From the NCBI RefSeq assembly GCF_018977255.1, contig NW_024704742.1:76200001-76264000 (forward strand): 64,000 bases of DNA, read 5' to 3'. Origin of the DNA: Callorhinchus milii (taxonomy: Eukaryota). The notes beneath the pieces were generated by a model. That model saw nothing but the letters and a program-made list of their open reading frames with translations. It ran no database searches and was not told the origin of the DNA. Positions within the stretch are counted from its first letter, which is position 1. Every line of letters begins with the position of its first letter. Made by a program: the position numbers and the translations under genes. This document shows, piece after piece, positions 14,525 through 27,636 of the stretch.

Positions 14525-14672
14525 ATTTGAGCCAACTGTACCTTCTCCACTGCTGCCAAGTCGAGATCAGTTAAATGAGGATAAATCAAACCTGGATTCA
14601 AACCTGCAGTGTTTTGGTCTGTGTAGCCTGGTGCTGAACCAGGCGATGCCTTTATTCAGTAAGCCATCAGGG
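14525..14672 (-). mobile_element. Ancient tRNA-like SINE remnant of a further family
   Basis: Minus strand GATGGCTTACTG...CAGGTTTGAATCCAGG...TTAACTGATCTC; similar pieces at ~21370-21420 and ~60835-61010. Confidence 0.4.
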
Positions 14673-16300
14673 TAGCTAGGAGAAGGTTGCTTCAGGGCTG
14701 AAAAAGTAGGCAATATTCCATCCTTTTGCTTGCCTATCACTTCCAATTTTACAGTAACAATACTCCATATAGCCCTTTCTTTCAACTGCAACTTTGGGAG
14801 ATTGACTGAAACAAATCCATTTGAGTTTGCTTAAGCTATGACATTTATCCTCTGAATGATGAAAATAATTGCAGAAATATAGGGAAAAGGAAAAAACTCA
14901 AATGTTTTGTAAATACTGTAACTTGAATAAAACAAATCTGGATTTACAGATGCTTCCTAAATGCCAATAGTAAAAGATCACCAGAGAGAATGTTCTCGTG
15001 AACACTCGAAAATGAAGCCATCGTTTCTTCCACTCCTTATCACATGATCTGAGTCACTTACTCTTTAATGCACTGATTTACTGTCAATAGCAGAGGTTCT
15101 TCAATTACGCATGATTGTGTTAAAACTGGTGCAAGCGCCTTCTGGAACCATCCAGCAGGATACAAGATTTTTATTCTTGAAATGAAGAACAATTTTTTCT
15201 GATGTACATTCGTTAAAAAATCTACAAATTTGCTTTCTATTAAACAAACATTCTGTGTTCCCTGAATGTAAAGTGTTCACCACTTGAATACAGAGTACAT
15301 TCTGGTCTTTCGTCTTGAACTGGTGAAACCATGCAGTCTGCATTATGGAAATCAAGTGTTAACAGCAGCATTGATAATGATGTCTAGACTAAAACAGAAG
15401 CTTGACAATCCCCCACACCCCCCCACCAAGAAAAATGCTGCTGCATCCTTCTGATCCACCTGCAAACTGCACCAGTGAAAATTTGTCTTTGTATTATCAA
15501 TAGCCCCAGGGAGTGCTAATGCAATTCAGAGCCGTAGACAACAGATAGGCAGCTTGCAATGCTAGCAGGGACCTCGTTGCACTGCCATTGCACAGCTCAG
15601 CTTATTTTTTTATCCAGTTAGATTTCAGCATCTTTTATTTACCTGCAACTCGATCCACACAAGCTACAAGAGGCCAGTGTGGTCACTGTGAACGATTTAT
15701 ATAGAACACAGAGTATACAATATATGATGAACGCGCGCTTTGTGTTATGAAACATATTTTGCAGTTTGAAATTAGATCAATTTCAAAATTTGCACAGCTG
15801 CAGTTTAAAGGAAAATAGATTTTAAGAGTTAATATATTTTAATGCGTTTTCTTTATGAAAAAGAAACAGTTTCTTAAGGTTGAATGTTATGAGCAAAAAT
15901 AGAAGCAAAAAGCTTGTGATCTTATAAAAAGCTTGAGTCATAATTTAGGATTACTCAACAATATTTTAAAGGGCCTGGACGTGGGTCAGGTTGCCTTTTC
16001 AAACAAAATAGAGCTGAGGTTCAGAAACTTTACATTTGATTTATACATTTGAAGCTTTATATTTGAAGAGAAACTTCCAAGAAGCATGTCACATAGTGAT
16101 TTTTTTTACTGCAGGTTTTTTTTGATGCTATATGCACTGAAACACAATACACCTACAGCAGTTGGTGACAGCAATCATTCTGACACACACACAAATAAAT
16201 CTCAATGGTGCTCAGGATTCAATCACTGTCTCACGGTGGCATGCTTAACTAGGAATACTGTATTTAAAAAAGCAGTGTGTCTCCCGACAGAAACTCATAC

Positions 16301-16478
16301 CTTCGTGGGTTGGCTCTGGGTCAGGCGTGAGAGAGATATCGTTCAGTTCCCTCAAGCAGAGCCATTCTCCATCGACTGAAACACGAAAGTTGCACAGGTA
16401 AATGGTCTCCCTGGCGGCCTGTGTAATCTTGTCTGTGGTAGGGGTTGGGACATCGCTTTGAGGCGTCAGGTCAGACAT
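16301..16478 (-). CDS. RUFY3: RUFY3 first coding exon (conserved N-terminus)
   Basis: Translates MSDLTPQSDVPTPTTDKITQAARETIYLCNFRVSVDGEWLCLRELNDISLTPDPEPTHE, close to the RUFY3 N-terminus as I recall it (MSALTPPTDMPTPTTDKITQAAMETIYLCKFRVSMDGEWLCLREL...). Ends at GAAG|GTATGA donor; 178 nt, phase 1. Confidence 0.93.
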
Positions 16479-17523
16479 GATGACTCAGCTGCTAATATTA
16501 CTGTAAGGGACGTGCTGCAGAACAGATTACAATACAACAAAGAGGATGCTGTACGGCTGCTGCAGAAAATCAGAGCACAGCAGCCTTAAAGTGAGCTACT
16601 ACTGTACGCAGGATATTCAGCAGTGACACAGCAATTCTCTTTCTCTCTCTCTCTCCACCACAGTTGGTCTGGGCAACAAGGCAGTTCAACCTTTGGTACC
16701 ACTTTAAATTTGTAAGGTTGACCTAGTTTGGTGCTTCAGCAAAGCAATCTCTTCGCTGTTACGTTGTCCCAAATACAGAGAGGTTCTCAGTAGCTCCTCA
16801 AAATGCAGCTCTTTCTATCCCTTTATCAGCCTGCACCATACTAACAGGATGAGCTCTGCGCAGTCCGGGTGTAGACCAAAATGGCTGGCTATTGAACTGT
16901 ACAGAAAATTCAGCATCACATGACATGATGCTCTATGCATAAACAATTCCCAAGATGCTCCATGAATGCTGCTGCACCAGCGGAAAGCACAATTGGTGCT
17001 CACTGTCTCCTGCCCACAGCCTGATCCAGACTGAACAAAATGCACACGCCTTCATTAATTTGTGATCAGGCAAAACACAAAGCACACATATTCATCAATT
17101 ACCTGAGGCAGGCCAAACATGTAAACTAATACTTTTTCCATACACAGATGCGATGCCGCAGTGGATGTATTTTTTAAAAAAAGCACCCAACAAATTAATC
17201 AGGAGAAACATATTGAATTTTAAACAGGCTGAATTGTTAAACAAAAACAAAGCTTATGCAAATATTACAAGTCCCTGTTTGTTAAAGCTAATAAACAGCT
17301 ACTGTGTAATGAATGATTAAACAATTTGAAACCTGTAAGGGACACAATGGGTTGTTGGCACTGGAATAATGTGGAGGAAAAGGATTTGGACACTGTGGAC
17401 TTGAGGATGGAGTATTTCCTTGAATTTGGGTGGCTTGCAGAATAGTTACAGATCTTTGTCTTGGGTTCTGGGTGACTGAGATTTATAACAGGAGAGTGTT
17501 TTAATTGTGGTAAAAGAATAGCA

Positions 17524-17797
17524 TAATAATAATAATCCTTGCATTTGATATAGCGTCTTATCGTGTCGTTGAGATGTCTCAAAGCGCTTCACAGAATATA
17601 CTGTAAACTGCATTGAATATGTATTTCATGAGCGAAACGCTGCAGCCAATTGCTCACAGCATTGTCCCACAAACAGATGATCTGCCAATTGACTAACAAC
17701 CGGGTTCCTAAGGAAACTTGCCTAAGGTTTCGCCCCACCCAGAAATCAAACCAGGGTGCTCTCGCTCGCGAAACAAACGTGCTTACCACTATGCTAA
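17524..17797 (-). mobile_element. Near full-length SINE, variant central module
   Basis: tRNA-like head, GGAACCCGGTTGTTAGTC module, shared tail. Confidence 0.82.
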
Positions 17798-18004
17798 AGG
17801 GGTATGGGAATTGATGGTCCATATAATCTTTTCTCATAACGCACTGATGACCAGTGACAGTTTTAGCCATTTAGTGAGTATGTTTATATTATGCAAGGAT
17901 AAAGCAAGATGTAAGGTAGTTAATTTTATGAAAGTATAGTAAAACCACAAATTTGAGCATCATCTTAGACTACGTGATTCCAAACCCAACTTTGGAACTG
18001 GGAA

Positions 18005-18370
18005 TCACACAGTCTAAGCTGACACTTCAATGCAGTGCTGGGGGTGCGTCAGAGGTGCCGTCCTTCGGATGAAACGTTAAACTGAGGTCCCATCTGCCTA
18101 TTCAGGTGGACATTAAAGATCCCATGGCACTATTCAAAAAGAGAAGTGAGTTTCTCTCTCTCGGAGTTCTGGCCAAGAAACCCCAAATAAAATGTGTCAT
18201 TCACTTAATGGCTGTTTGTGGGACACTGCTGTGTGCAAAACTGGCTGCCATGGTTCGCCCACAAAACACACAGTCAGAACCACTTCACAGTATGTTCTGT
18301 GAAGCACTTTACAGTTTGAGACATCTCGATGACATGATAAAGCACAATATCAAATGCAAGGATTATTATT
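18005..18370 (+). mobile_element. DeuSINE (SacSINE1/AmnSINE1-like) remnant
   Basis: Deu domain GAGGTGCCGTCCTTCGGATGAAACGTTAAACTGAGGTCCC...CAGGTGGACATTAAAGATCCCATGGCACTATT, then the shared 3' tail. Confidence 0.8.
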
Positions 18371-18599
18371 AAATTTGATAAGGTCATTAATTCATATCAG
18401 ATGGAATATTCAGAAAGGAAACTTATCAAGATACTGACAATGAAAATTCCTTCTGAATATGCCAGAAGTTTTTAGAAATACTAAGAAACAGGAACTCTAG
18501 CAATACTTCCAATCGAAGGCCCAGAATGATAGGAAAATACTGATTAAAGTGGGGCAATTTAGAGCCATTCCCTGAACTGTGGAATCAGAGGAGGCAGCT

Positions 18600-19190
18600 A
18601 AGATTTTACAAAGAGAGTACAATAAAGTGAATACTTAGAAAGATCCATGGCAAATGGAGTTTAATACTGAAAATGTAACGTACTGTATATACAAAGTAAA
18701 AATAGTAGGTGTGTGCACTTTGTGGAAGTTGAAAGAGACTCAGGGATGTTAATTCACTCATCAAGTAGAAAGAAACAATAAAAAGCAAGGCTAACGAGAT
18801 GTTAGAATATATTGCCAAATCAACTGAGTTCAGATCCCTGGAAATACTCGAGCTGGATAAAGCAGTGGTTAGATAGAACCGAGAGTGCCATGCACAGGAC
18901 TTGTTGCCCCAACCTAAGGCCCTAGATGCATTGCAGAGAGCAATGAGGATAATCTCCTAGTTAGAAGAATGAGTTATGAAGAATGACTAGGACTCTTTGG
19001 TCTCACAAAGAAATGATTCAGAAGGAACCTATAGAAGTGTATAAGTGTATAAGATGCTAAATCAGACTGAGAAAGTGAACCATACGATTAGATAAACCGA
19101 GACAACAGGACATTAAGGTGCAGGGCTGTGGTAAACACCTAGTGTTTTTACACAGACACTAATAAGTAGCTACAACAGGTTAGCAGGAGA
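18600..19190 (+). mobile_element. Old CR1 LINE fragment
   Basis: Remnants of the KWxMxFNTEKC and KKKANxMLxYI motifs and the LGLFGL...DLIEVYK segment. Confidence 0.6.
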
Positions 19191-21424
19191 GGGTAAAGGT
19201 ACATTACAGAGATGCAGATCACTGAGCAAAGTGGGAGAAAGATGATGAGTGGTTATGGATGTTGATTGAGGGCATGGTCGAAAATCTAAGTTTTTTTCAG
19301 GCAGGGAAAGCAGTACAAGGCAAAGGATTTTTGAGTGTTACAGAGTGTTCCAGAGAGTGTTTTAGCCTTAGGGCTAAAAGCTTGTACACCAATCATGCAA
19401 CAGAGGTGTGGAGAGGAACAAGCAGCAAGAACATACAGGAACCCAGTAGAATGTGTCAAAGATGCTTTTACACATAAATAGCCCCAAACGTTTTTTTAAG
19501 TGCCACAAATCTACTAAAACTATTTAATGAAACTACAACCCAATTTTACGCTTCCATTGGTGTAAAGTTATGCATGCCTTCTATTTAGCATTTGTCAATA
19601 CAACACACAGGGAGGGCACGGCCACAGCAGTCCTATTTTCAAAATTAAATTCCACACTTGTTTTTTAACAGTGCAAACGAGGTTACCACAGCCTCAGAGG
19701 GTCGGTCCACAACAACCCTTCCAGAGAACTGACTGGAGAGCCTGGAGTGTGGGGTTCTGTAAGGCAGAAGGACCCTGCCCAGAGCAGGAGTCTTGGAGAA
19801 TTCCTCTCTGAATGAGAAAACTTGATGAACTCCTGAGTGAAGAAGACTCTCGCCAAAGTGAACTGGAATGGGAGCTACTGGACCATCTCGTCACTAGAGA
19901 TTTCTGTGAAAGAGACCCCTTCAGATTACTGAAAGGTCAACAGAGCTTTGCTGCTTTATAAATGTGATGTATGTTTCCCACCTAAGGGGAATTTGGGCTC
20001 GGAGTAGATAGCACACTGATGTCTCCAGCAATGGTATTTCAACCACACATTGTAGTTATTTAAAATGAAAATTCTAGCTTTTTGATAAATTGGTGCCTTG
20101 TTACTACAGTACCAACATCCTTCCACCACACTAATTCCTGCCACAGTATATAAGTATATATGCACAGAACTAAACACATAGGAACCATGAGGCAATTTAT
20201 TTTGTTCTCAATGCAACATCTTCTGCTTTCCACTCACAGTTTCCAAGTGCTCTCAGTTCATTCATTCATGTTTTACTGTGACAAGGTAATGATTCCACCC
20301 AATCTGGTACAGTATGACCTCCTAAAATACTGAGCATTTAAACCCACCTCCCACAGGTAGGTTGTTTTCAAGGTTACTGTTCACTGTGCAACCAATACAT
20401 CTTCCAAACAGGGCATGAAGGAATATTACTAAGGACCTATGGTTCAATTAAGGACCTAACTCAAAAGAGACAACAGTAAACTTTAAATTGATTTAGTGTT
20501 CAACATACAAGTGTCCAAAGAGCTGCTACTGTATTTGAAGTAAAACAGTGACATTTTTACTATACTGTCTTTTTATTTAATCAAACAGTGCTCGACATGA
20601 TTTCTCGAGCCATGGGGCAACACTGAATACGTGGCTCTTTACAGGTTATATGGTCCAAATCAAATCATTGACCTGTTGCATCCTAACTAGGAAATGTAGT
20701 ACATTTAGCACCACATACATTCACTTTTCTACAAACTATTCAAACACCTGTGGTCAAGGTGTAAGAGCTACACTTTTGTTCAGTTATGTTGGCAGGCCAG
20801 CAACTTGCCAACTATCAGTTCTTGAGGGGATGGTTGGAACTGTGTGGTTTTCAGTTGAGTAAGTAAATACACTGTGCTGTGTGGTTTTTAGTTGAAGGGG
20901 CAAATGCATTGCTCTGTGTAGTTCTTCAGCCAAGATAGTTATCAATTTAATTGGAAGGCAATTTTCTCTGGTGCCAAGTGAATACACGATTCATGTGTGG
21001 CACACTGATCTGCACAGGATTACAATAAAAAAATTACATATGTAATTTGTAAATTGTGCATAATAGATTAATCCACAAATTAATATACAGAACTATGAGG
21101 AACGATTGATCACCTCAGGACTTTTATTCCTTTGAAAAGACTGGAGGGAGGCAGAGTTTTACTAAAGCTATATACATTTAGAAAGTTTAGAGACAGGTAC
21201 GTTTTCTAACGCACAACTTCAAACTAACAAAACCACAACAGGAATTGAAAGTGTGAAGAATATTTCTTAGTAAAAGGAATGTGAAACAAACTGCCAGCAT
21301 AAGTGTTGGAACACGGAACTATAAACGGTTTCAAAATGGACCGAGATAAATTTCTGGAAATTACAGGGAGATCCCAGGTTAATTCCTGGTCCGCCTTGAG
21401 TTAGCTGATCCAAGTCAGGGAAAT

Positions 21425-22905
21425 AACAACAACAAAGTTACATTTATAGAGCGCCTTTCACATTGAGAGGACGTGCCAAAGCGCTGAACAGTCAGGGGTC
21501 GGGACCCGAGCATGAGGTAGGGGTGGGGTAGGGATGAGGGAAGGCAGAGAGGTGGGAGGGCGACTAAAGGCCCGATCGAAGAGGCCTTGAAGGAGGCGAG
21601 GGAGGAAGCGAGGCGAAGGGACCGTGGGATGGAGTTTCAGAGTGTGGGGGCAGAGAGGCTGAAAGCTCGGCCACCGGTGGTAGGGCGGGTCGGGCGGGAG
21701 ACATGGAGCAGATCGGAGCCCACTGACCGGAGGATGAACCATGGTGAAACTCCAAGATCAGGAAGAGAAAAAACAACAGCCAATATCTCACTTCCTGATC
21801 TCAATCCGGGAACATTGATTGATACAACAACAACAATTTGCACTTATATAGTGCCCTCCACGCAGGGTATGGCCTAAGAGCACATAACAGTGGCGGAGCC
21901 TGACTCCGAGCCGGTGGCAAGTGGGGGGAGGTGACCATAAGCACGGTCGAAAAGGTTTTCAGGCGAGACTTGAAAAAGACGGAGCGATTGAGGGAGAGTG
22001 TTCCACAGTTTCGGGGTTAAGACAGCTGTGAAAGTAGGACCCAGCTCAGTCTCTACAAAATCTCTCCCCACCCCATCTCAAACTACAACAACAAAATTAC
22101 ATTTGTAAAGCGCATTTCACGTCGGGAGGACTTCCCAAGGCGCTGAACAGACAGAGTTACAGACCCAAGCTGGGACCCGAGCTGGGGGTAGTGGTGGGGG
22201 AGGGTGGAGGGCAAGGGGGAAGCAGGGACTCCAAGATCGAAACCACAGTCAAAGAGGAGGGTCTTGAAGGTGGAAAAGAGGGGGCAAGACGGAGGGACTG
22301 CGGAATGGAGTTCCAGAGTGTGGGGACAGAGTGGCAGAAGGGCTGCTCGCCAATAGTGGAGCTAGCAAGGCAGGGGTACGTGAAGCAGGTCAGAGCCCGC
22401 TGAGCAGAGGGAGTGAACAGGATTGTAGAGGGTTAGGAGGTCGCAGAGGTAGGGGGGCACAAGACCATGGAGGGCTTTGAAGGTGAGGACCAGATTCTTG
22501 AACTGTACCCTCTGTGTGATGGGAAGCCAGTGGAGTTGGGCGAGGATGGGGGTGATATGGTTGCGAGGCCTAGTGCGGGAGAGGTCATGGGCTGCAGAGT
22601 TCTGGATGATTTGCAGTCTATGGAGGGAGAAGTTGGGGAGGCCGACAAGTAATGAGTTAGCATAGTCGAGCCTCGATGTAATGAAAGCATGTATGAGGGT
22701 TTCGGCGGCCTGCGGTGTGAGACAGTGGCAGAGCCGGGCGACGTTGCGGAGGTGGGTCATGGTGCAGATATGGAGTAGAAAGGATAGTTGAAGCTCAAAC
22801 AAGACCCCAAGTTCCGGACTGGCTTAGCAAGATGGAGTGTGCAACCATGGATGGTGATGCTCTCAGCGCCTGATGTGAGGAGGCGCTGATGGGAGCCAAT
22901 CAAGA
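21425..22905 (-). mobile_element. Cluster of three 5'-truncated L2 copies (tails at ~21425, ~21824, ~22085)
   Basis: Three (AAC)n tails; 146 aa ORF2 C-terminal frame at 22362-22802. Confidence 0.85.
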
Positions 22906-22949
22906 GAAACTACATGGTGAAATAGATTTTTTTGGTCAGCTGAGTATCT

Positions 22950-23260
22950 CGCACATGTAGAAACTTATCACCATTCTTAAGAGTATCCAAACCACGCATC
23001 CCACATATACATGGAAATTCCCAGGTATTAGGATGGAATGCGAATTCTCTCCCTGAAAGATGCTTCCCTAATACCAGGGAGCATGAGGTTGGCAAGAGCT
23101 GTTGCTTCGGAGCCCCTACTAGAGTGCATTGTGGGTCTGTTGGAGTCTAACCAGCTAAAAATACATAGCTTGCCACTGAAAGTACTGTCTGACATGCTTT
23201 CCTGCTGCTTGTCCAGCTAGGACCATCCAACCTGTTAGGGCTTTGGGTTGCAGTGTTAAT
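22950..23260 (-). mobile_element. Second copy of the 36.8-37.8 kb retroelement 3' region
   Basis: TGGAGTCTAACCAGCTAAAA and CTTAAGAGTATCCAAA blocks match the reverse complements at ~37620-37640 and ~37815-37830. Confidence 0.65.
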
Positions 23261-24007
23261 GGGTGTTGAGTTGGAAGAATCCATGTCCCTCCTCAAGTGA
23301 CCGTTCTGTCCCTCCAAGTTCTACTGATGAGCTTGGGTTGTGCTGTCATCAGCAGTGGAGTACTGTGGACTGGAGTACCGTGGACCTGTCTGGCTCAGGA
23401 AAGGGACGACCGAGACCACCACAGAGGGTAGGCTCTATTCTGACATTACGTTGCCAAATACGTCAACTTGGAGCAAGTTAAGCTCCAAGGAGAACACGTT
23501 TACAGCCCCCTGCGGAAATATTCTAAATATTCGGGGACCACTCAGATGAGGAAGAAAAACAAGAAATTAGGATGAGAAATTCAAATGAAGTCCCAGAGTG
23601 CAAATTGGCTGCCGCATTTGCCTACAAATACACAGTCACTATAATTCACATTAAAGTCCTGTGAAGAGTTTTGAAATGTCTCAATAACATGATAAGGATT
23701 ATTATAACCTTCAATCAATTTCTTTGCCAAACAGTTATGTTATACCCATCTAAATTTGCTGGCAGTTTTCTTTCAACACCAGTTTATTTCACATATTAGC
23801 CACCTAGGTTAAAAACTGGGATTGGGATCATGCATTCCAGAGTTTATCTTGTTACCAAGGGCCACATTTATAATGAAATCTTTCCTCCAGCAATTTCACT
23901 CGCACTGCAGAAAGCAATTTCAAAGTGAATGCCGCCGCATTTACAAGTTATGGTACAATGCCTCTTATAGCAAAAGTCAGCATCACACCAGGTAACCTTA
24001 GCAGGTT

Positions 24008-24735
24008 AGCAACAAAGTTACATTTACACTGCACTTTTCACATCAGGAAGGTGTCCCAAGACACTGGACAGTCCAGGATTGTACTTGAGATGGGGTGGAT
24101 GCCAAGAGGGTGGGTGCAAAAGATGACCAAAGGAACGGTCAAAGTCAAAAGTCTTGAGGCAGACCTTGAGGGAGGGGGCAAGTCATAGGGACTTCGGGAT
24201 AGAGTTCCAGAGAGTGGAGGCAGATGGGTTATGCTTGGGCGGGTAGGGCAGGGGTACAAAGCAGCCTGATGCCCGCCAAATGGAAGGAGTGGGCGAGTTG
24301 GTATGGTTTGAGAAGGTTGAAGAGGTAGGGTGAGGGCAAGACCATGGAGGGATTTATAGTTAGGATAAGGATTTTGAACTTGACCCGATGGGGGACGAGG
24401 AGCCAGTGGAGCCGGGCTAGGATTGGGGTGATCAGTTCACAGAGCCTAGTGCGGGAAAGGACACAAGCTACATAGTTCTGGATAGTGTGCACATGTGAAG
24501 TAAAGGGTTCGGTAGTATGGTGAGCAGAGAGTTGGTGGTGCGAGGGGAGAGGTAATGGCAGAAGCAGGCAATGTTTACAAAGGTGGGGGAAAGCTGAGCA
24601 GGTCACAGCATGAAACGTGGATATGAGGTTTAAAGGGGAATTGGAAGTAGAACAAGATACAGAGGTTCTGTACTACTCCATGAGGTGGAGTGTGCTCTCA
24701 TGCAGATTGATGCAGTCAGCACCTGAGGTGAGAAG
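24008..24735 (-). mobile_element. Diverged L2 3' fragment
   Basis: ITPILARLHWLLVPHRVKFKILILT peptide and L2 tail. Confidence 0.8.
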
Positions 24736-26212
24736 CCGTTTAAAAGTGGTACATTTGTTACTAGAGATCATACCATAATTGACAGCCACGATCGTACCAT
24801 AATTGATAGCCACTAAAACCATGATCTTATTGTCTAGTTTTGGTCGTCTTAAACCACAGCAACAAGCCTCAAAACCATAAATTTCAATTCAGTCCTGCTG
24901 AATATGGAGGGGGGTGGGGGAAGAGGAGAGAGTAAAGCCTTTAAAAACTAGTTTCTCAACAACAGTCAGCCAACATTTGAGTGATTTAACTAATATCAAT
25001 GACCAGACAACTCATGATTTAAATCTCAACACAGAATAAGACCACTGAACATATCAAGTCTGTGCTGCTACAAGAGATATCAACTCTAATCCCTCCACTG
25101 TCTTGTTGCTCCTTGCACAATTTCTTCCAGCCTATGACATCCACTCATCTGACTCTAGTTGATTGCTTCCAACGGCTAAGCCTTCAACCTTTCTGAATTT
25201 TCTTCACCTTGCTTCTTCTATCCCTGCCTTTAGAAGCCTCCTAAAAAAACTCTTAAACCATGTATTCAGTGAAATTCCTTCATTTCCCTTAACACTTTCC
25301 ATCATGCTTGTTAAGAGCTTTGAAAGGTTCATGCTATATAAAAAGGAACTAGAAGTACATGTTATTGTAATGCAATTTATCTTCTGTTTCTCTCCATATT
25401 CCTACATTTTAATGATTCAAATACGATAACCACTTAAAATGTAATTAACATTTATATAGCACCTTTCACGTTGCGAGCGCATGGGCTTCACATTCACAAA
25501 ACTTTTACAGCCTTACAAAAATTTACACTAGTATATTCCACATCCTACCTACACCGTGTAAAACATCTAAACCTCTAGCAAAGCCTTGAAAATCCACACC
25601 ACTTGATATGATTGTGCTTTTTTCTGCTTCAACCAGAAAAGGGCATAAACTCTTTGTGTTTGATTGAAAACTCTTTTTATGCCTTCATGCTCACTAAAGA
25701 TGTACATTTGTGATTTTGGAAACACATCAGGCAAAACACACAGGAATGAATTATCTAAAAAAAAGTTATTGTTCAATACACTACTTGAGTTTCTAGTTAG
25801 ATTTCCACAAGAGTGGAATGACTCTACAAAAGGCACTCAGCTCCTTCAAAAATGATCGACTTGACAAATGAAATCATGTATCTACTAAGATTGACAAGGA
25901 GGCCATGCAACAGTTATTACTAAATATTTGATACCACCTTTTTAAAACAAAATGTTCATCTGAAGTCATTTACTGAAATTGTAAAATAATTTAAAGTACA
26001 TTCAAACTTCAGAAATGCAGAATGCTTTTACTCAAATTTGAAAAATCTACTTCTGCATTTTTAAAGTCTCAATATACTGCAACAATCTGATTTATTTTTC
26101 TAGATTTATTTTAAAAAGCCCCTATTTTGAATGCTGATGGGGTGGTTAATCAAGGACTCTAAAATCATACCACTAGTTTCCAGACTCCGAAAAGATTCAA
26201 CACAATTTTCTT

Positions 26213-26652
26213 GGTGTCAGCTTTAATTCAGTTAGTAAACTCTTGCCTCAAAGTCATAAGGTTGTGGCAAAACACATACGAATAATTTTGTCAAAAAAAA
26301 GTTAGTTTTGAGCTCATAGTCTTGGCTGACACTGCTGAGGGAGTTCTGCATTGTCCGAGGTACCATGATTCAAATAAGACATTATAATGGAGCTCTCATT
26401 TGCCTGTTCAGGTGAAATTTGCAAAAAGGGAACTGTTCCAAAAGGAAAGGGAGTTTCTCCTAAACTCCAGTTAATAATTCTTCAAAAAGAAATGGGCCCT
26501 CACTTCCTGGCTTTTTGTCACACTGCCGTGTGCAAATTGGCTCGTGAGTTCACCGACAAACCACACAGCCACTGCAGCATGCGGTAAATTCCTTTGAAGA
26601 ACTGAGACAATCAGACCACATGATACTTAACTAGATCAAATGCAAGGATTAC
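26213..26652 (+). mobile_element. Old DeuSINE, diverged
   Basis: Degenerate head, CTGAGGGAGTTCTGCATTGTCCGAGG Deu segment, AAATGCAAGGATTA tail. Confidence 0.65.
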
Positions 26653-26801
26653 GATCAATTATTTGCCTTACACCATAACCCACCAACTTATATAAAACAA
26701 GTCCAATGTACCAGTCCATTAATCTGTGATTTTAGATAATGCGACACTCAAAACAATTCACAACGTATAACTGGCATTGTTGTCAGCACAGTAAGAATAT
26801 A

Positions 26802-26969
26802 CAGTAAATTTCAAGTAAGTCTTATTATTTGGGACCATAGATTTAATATGACTTATTCAAAGTACGAGTTATGTCAAACTTGCATAGAATATAAATTCTT
26901 GAACGGGACTTGGACAGATATAAGGTGCTTATATGATTTATACAGATCAGACTTATATGAGTTTTACTG
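26802..26969. mobile_element. Tigger/pogo-like MITE, 168 bp
   Basis: TA on both sides; TIRs CAGTAAATTTCAAGTAAGTC and CAGTAAAACTCATATAAGTC; second copy at 40179. Confidence 0.8.
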
Positions 26970-27636
26970 TAGTAGGTAGTAGAGTGTCCTCTGTAGTAGG
27001 GGACACTTCTCGTAAAATGCAAATATGTGTAAGCATTCTTGCCATTAAAACACAAGGAATACAGGACATGTTGGTGTTCAAATCCTTACCACTCGGTTAA
27101 AAGCCACAGAAACAAATTGAGACAAGAATGTTTGACTTTAACAAACACCTCAGGTTATAATATTTGAAACAGAGTTTCCAACTCAACAAGAACTAGCCTT
27201 ACATTTGATAAAATGCGCCAAATGTAAGGATTATTAGTCAGTTGCCACAAATATGTTATCTCTGGTTTGGAATAAAAAGAGGTCTTAGGACCCAGAGGAA
27301 AGTGTGACAGAAAAAAATCAAAAGGACAGTGGAGTACATTAATTTGATGTGAAACTTAAATCTAGGCTTCTAATCACAAAATGAACAGTCAATCCAACTT
27401 TACAGTACATCATATGAAGTCGTTTGAGACATTGCAACGCCGTGATAAGGCGCTGTATCAAATGCAAAGATTATTATCATTATTATTATCATGTTTACCA
27501 AGACATTGCCTTAAACTGGAAGCTGCAGCCTTGCAAACCTGCTGTGGCCAGGCTTTTCCCACTGGATTGAATTCCGCAGGGAAAGCTGGGGCTCCAGACC
27601 TTGAACTCTGTTAAACCTAAGTGGAGACTTAGCTAC

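Noticed and set aside
15643..15703. Minus-strand TATATAAA followed by a CAG|GTAAAT donor, a possible micro first exon
   Set aside because: Short motifs expected by chance in AT-rich intron; no supporting evidence.
1..16300. RUFY3 exon 2 (RUN-domain start)
   Set aside because: Searched by eye on the minus strand and not found; probably outside the window, though a miss is possible.
26843..27055. Shared small peptide (...LCKFDI.RTL) with 40228-40354
   Set aside because: Explained by two copies of a non-coding MITE.
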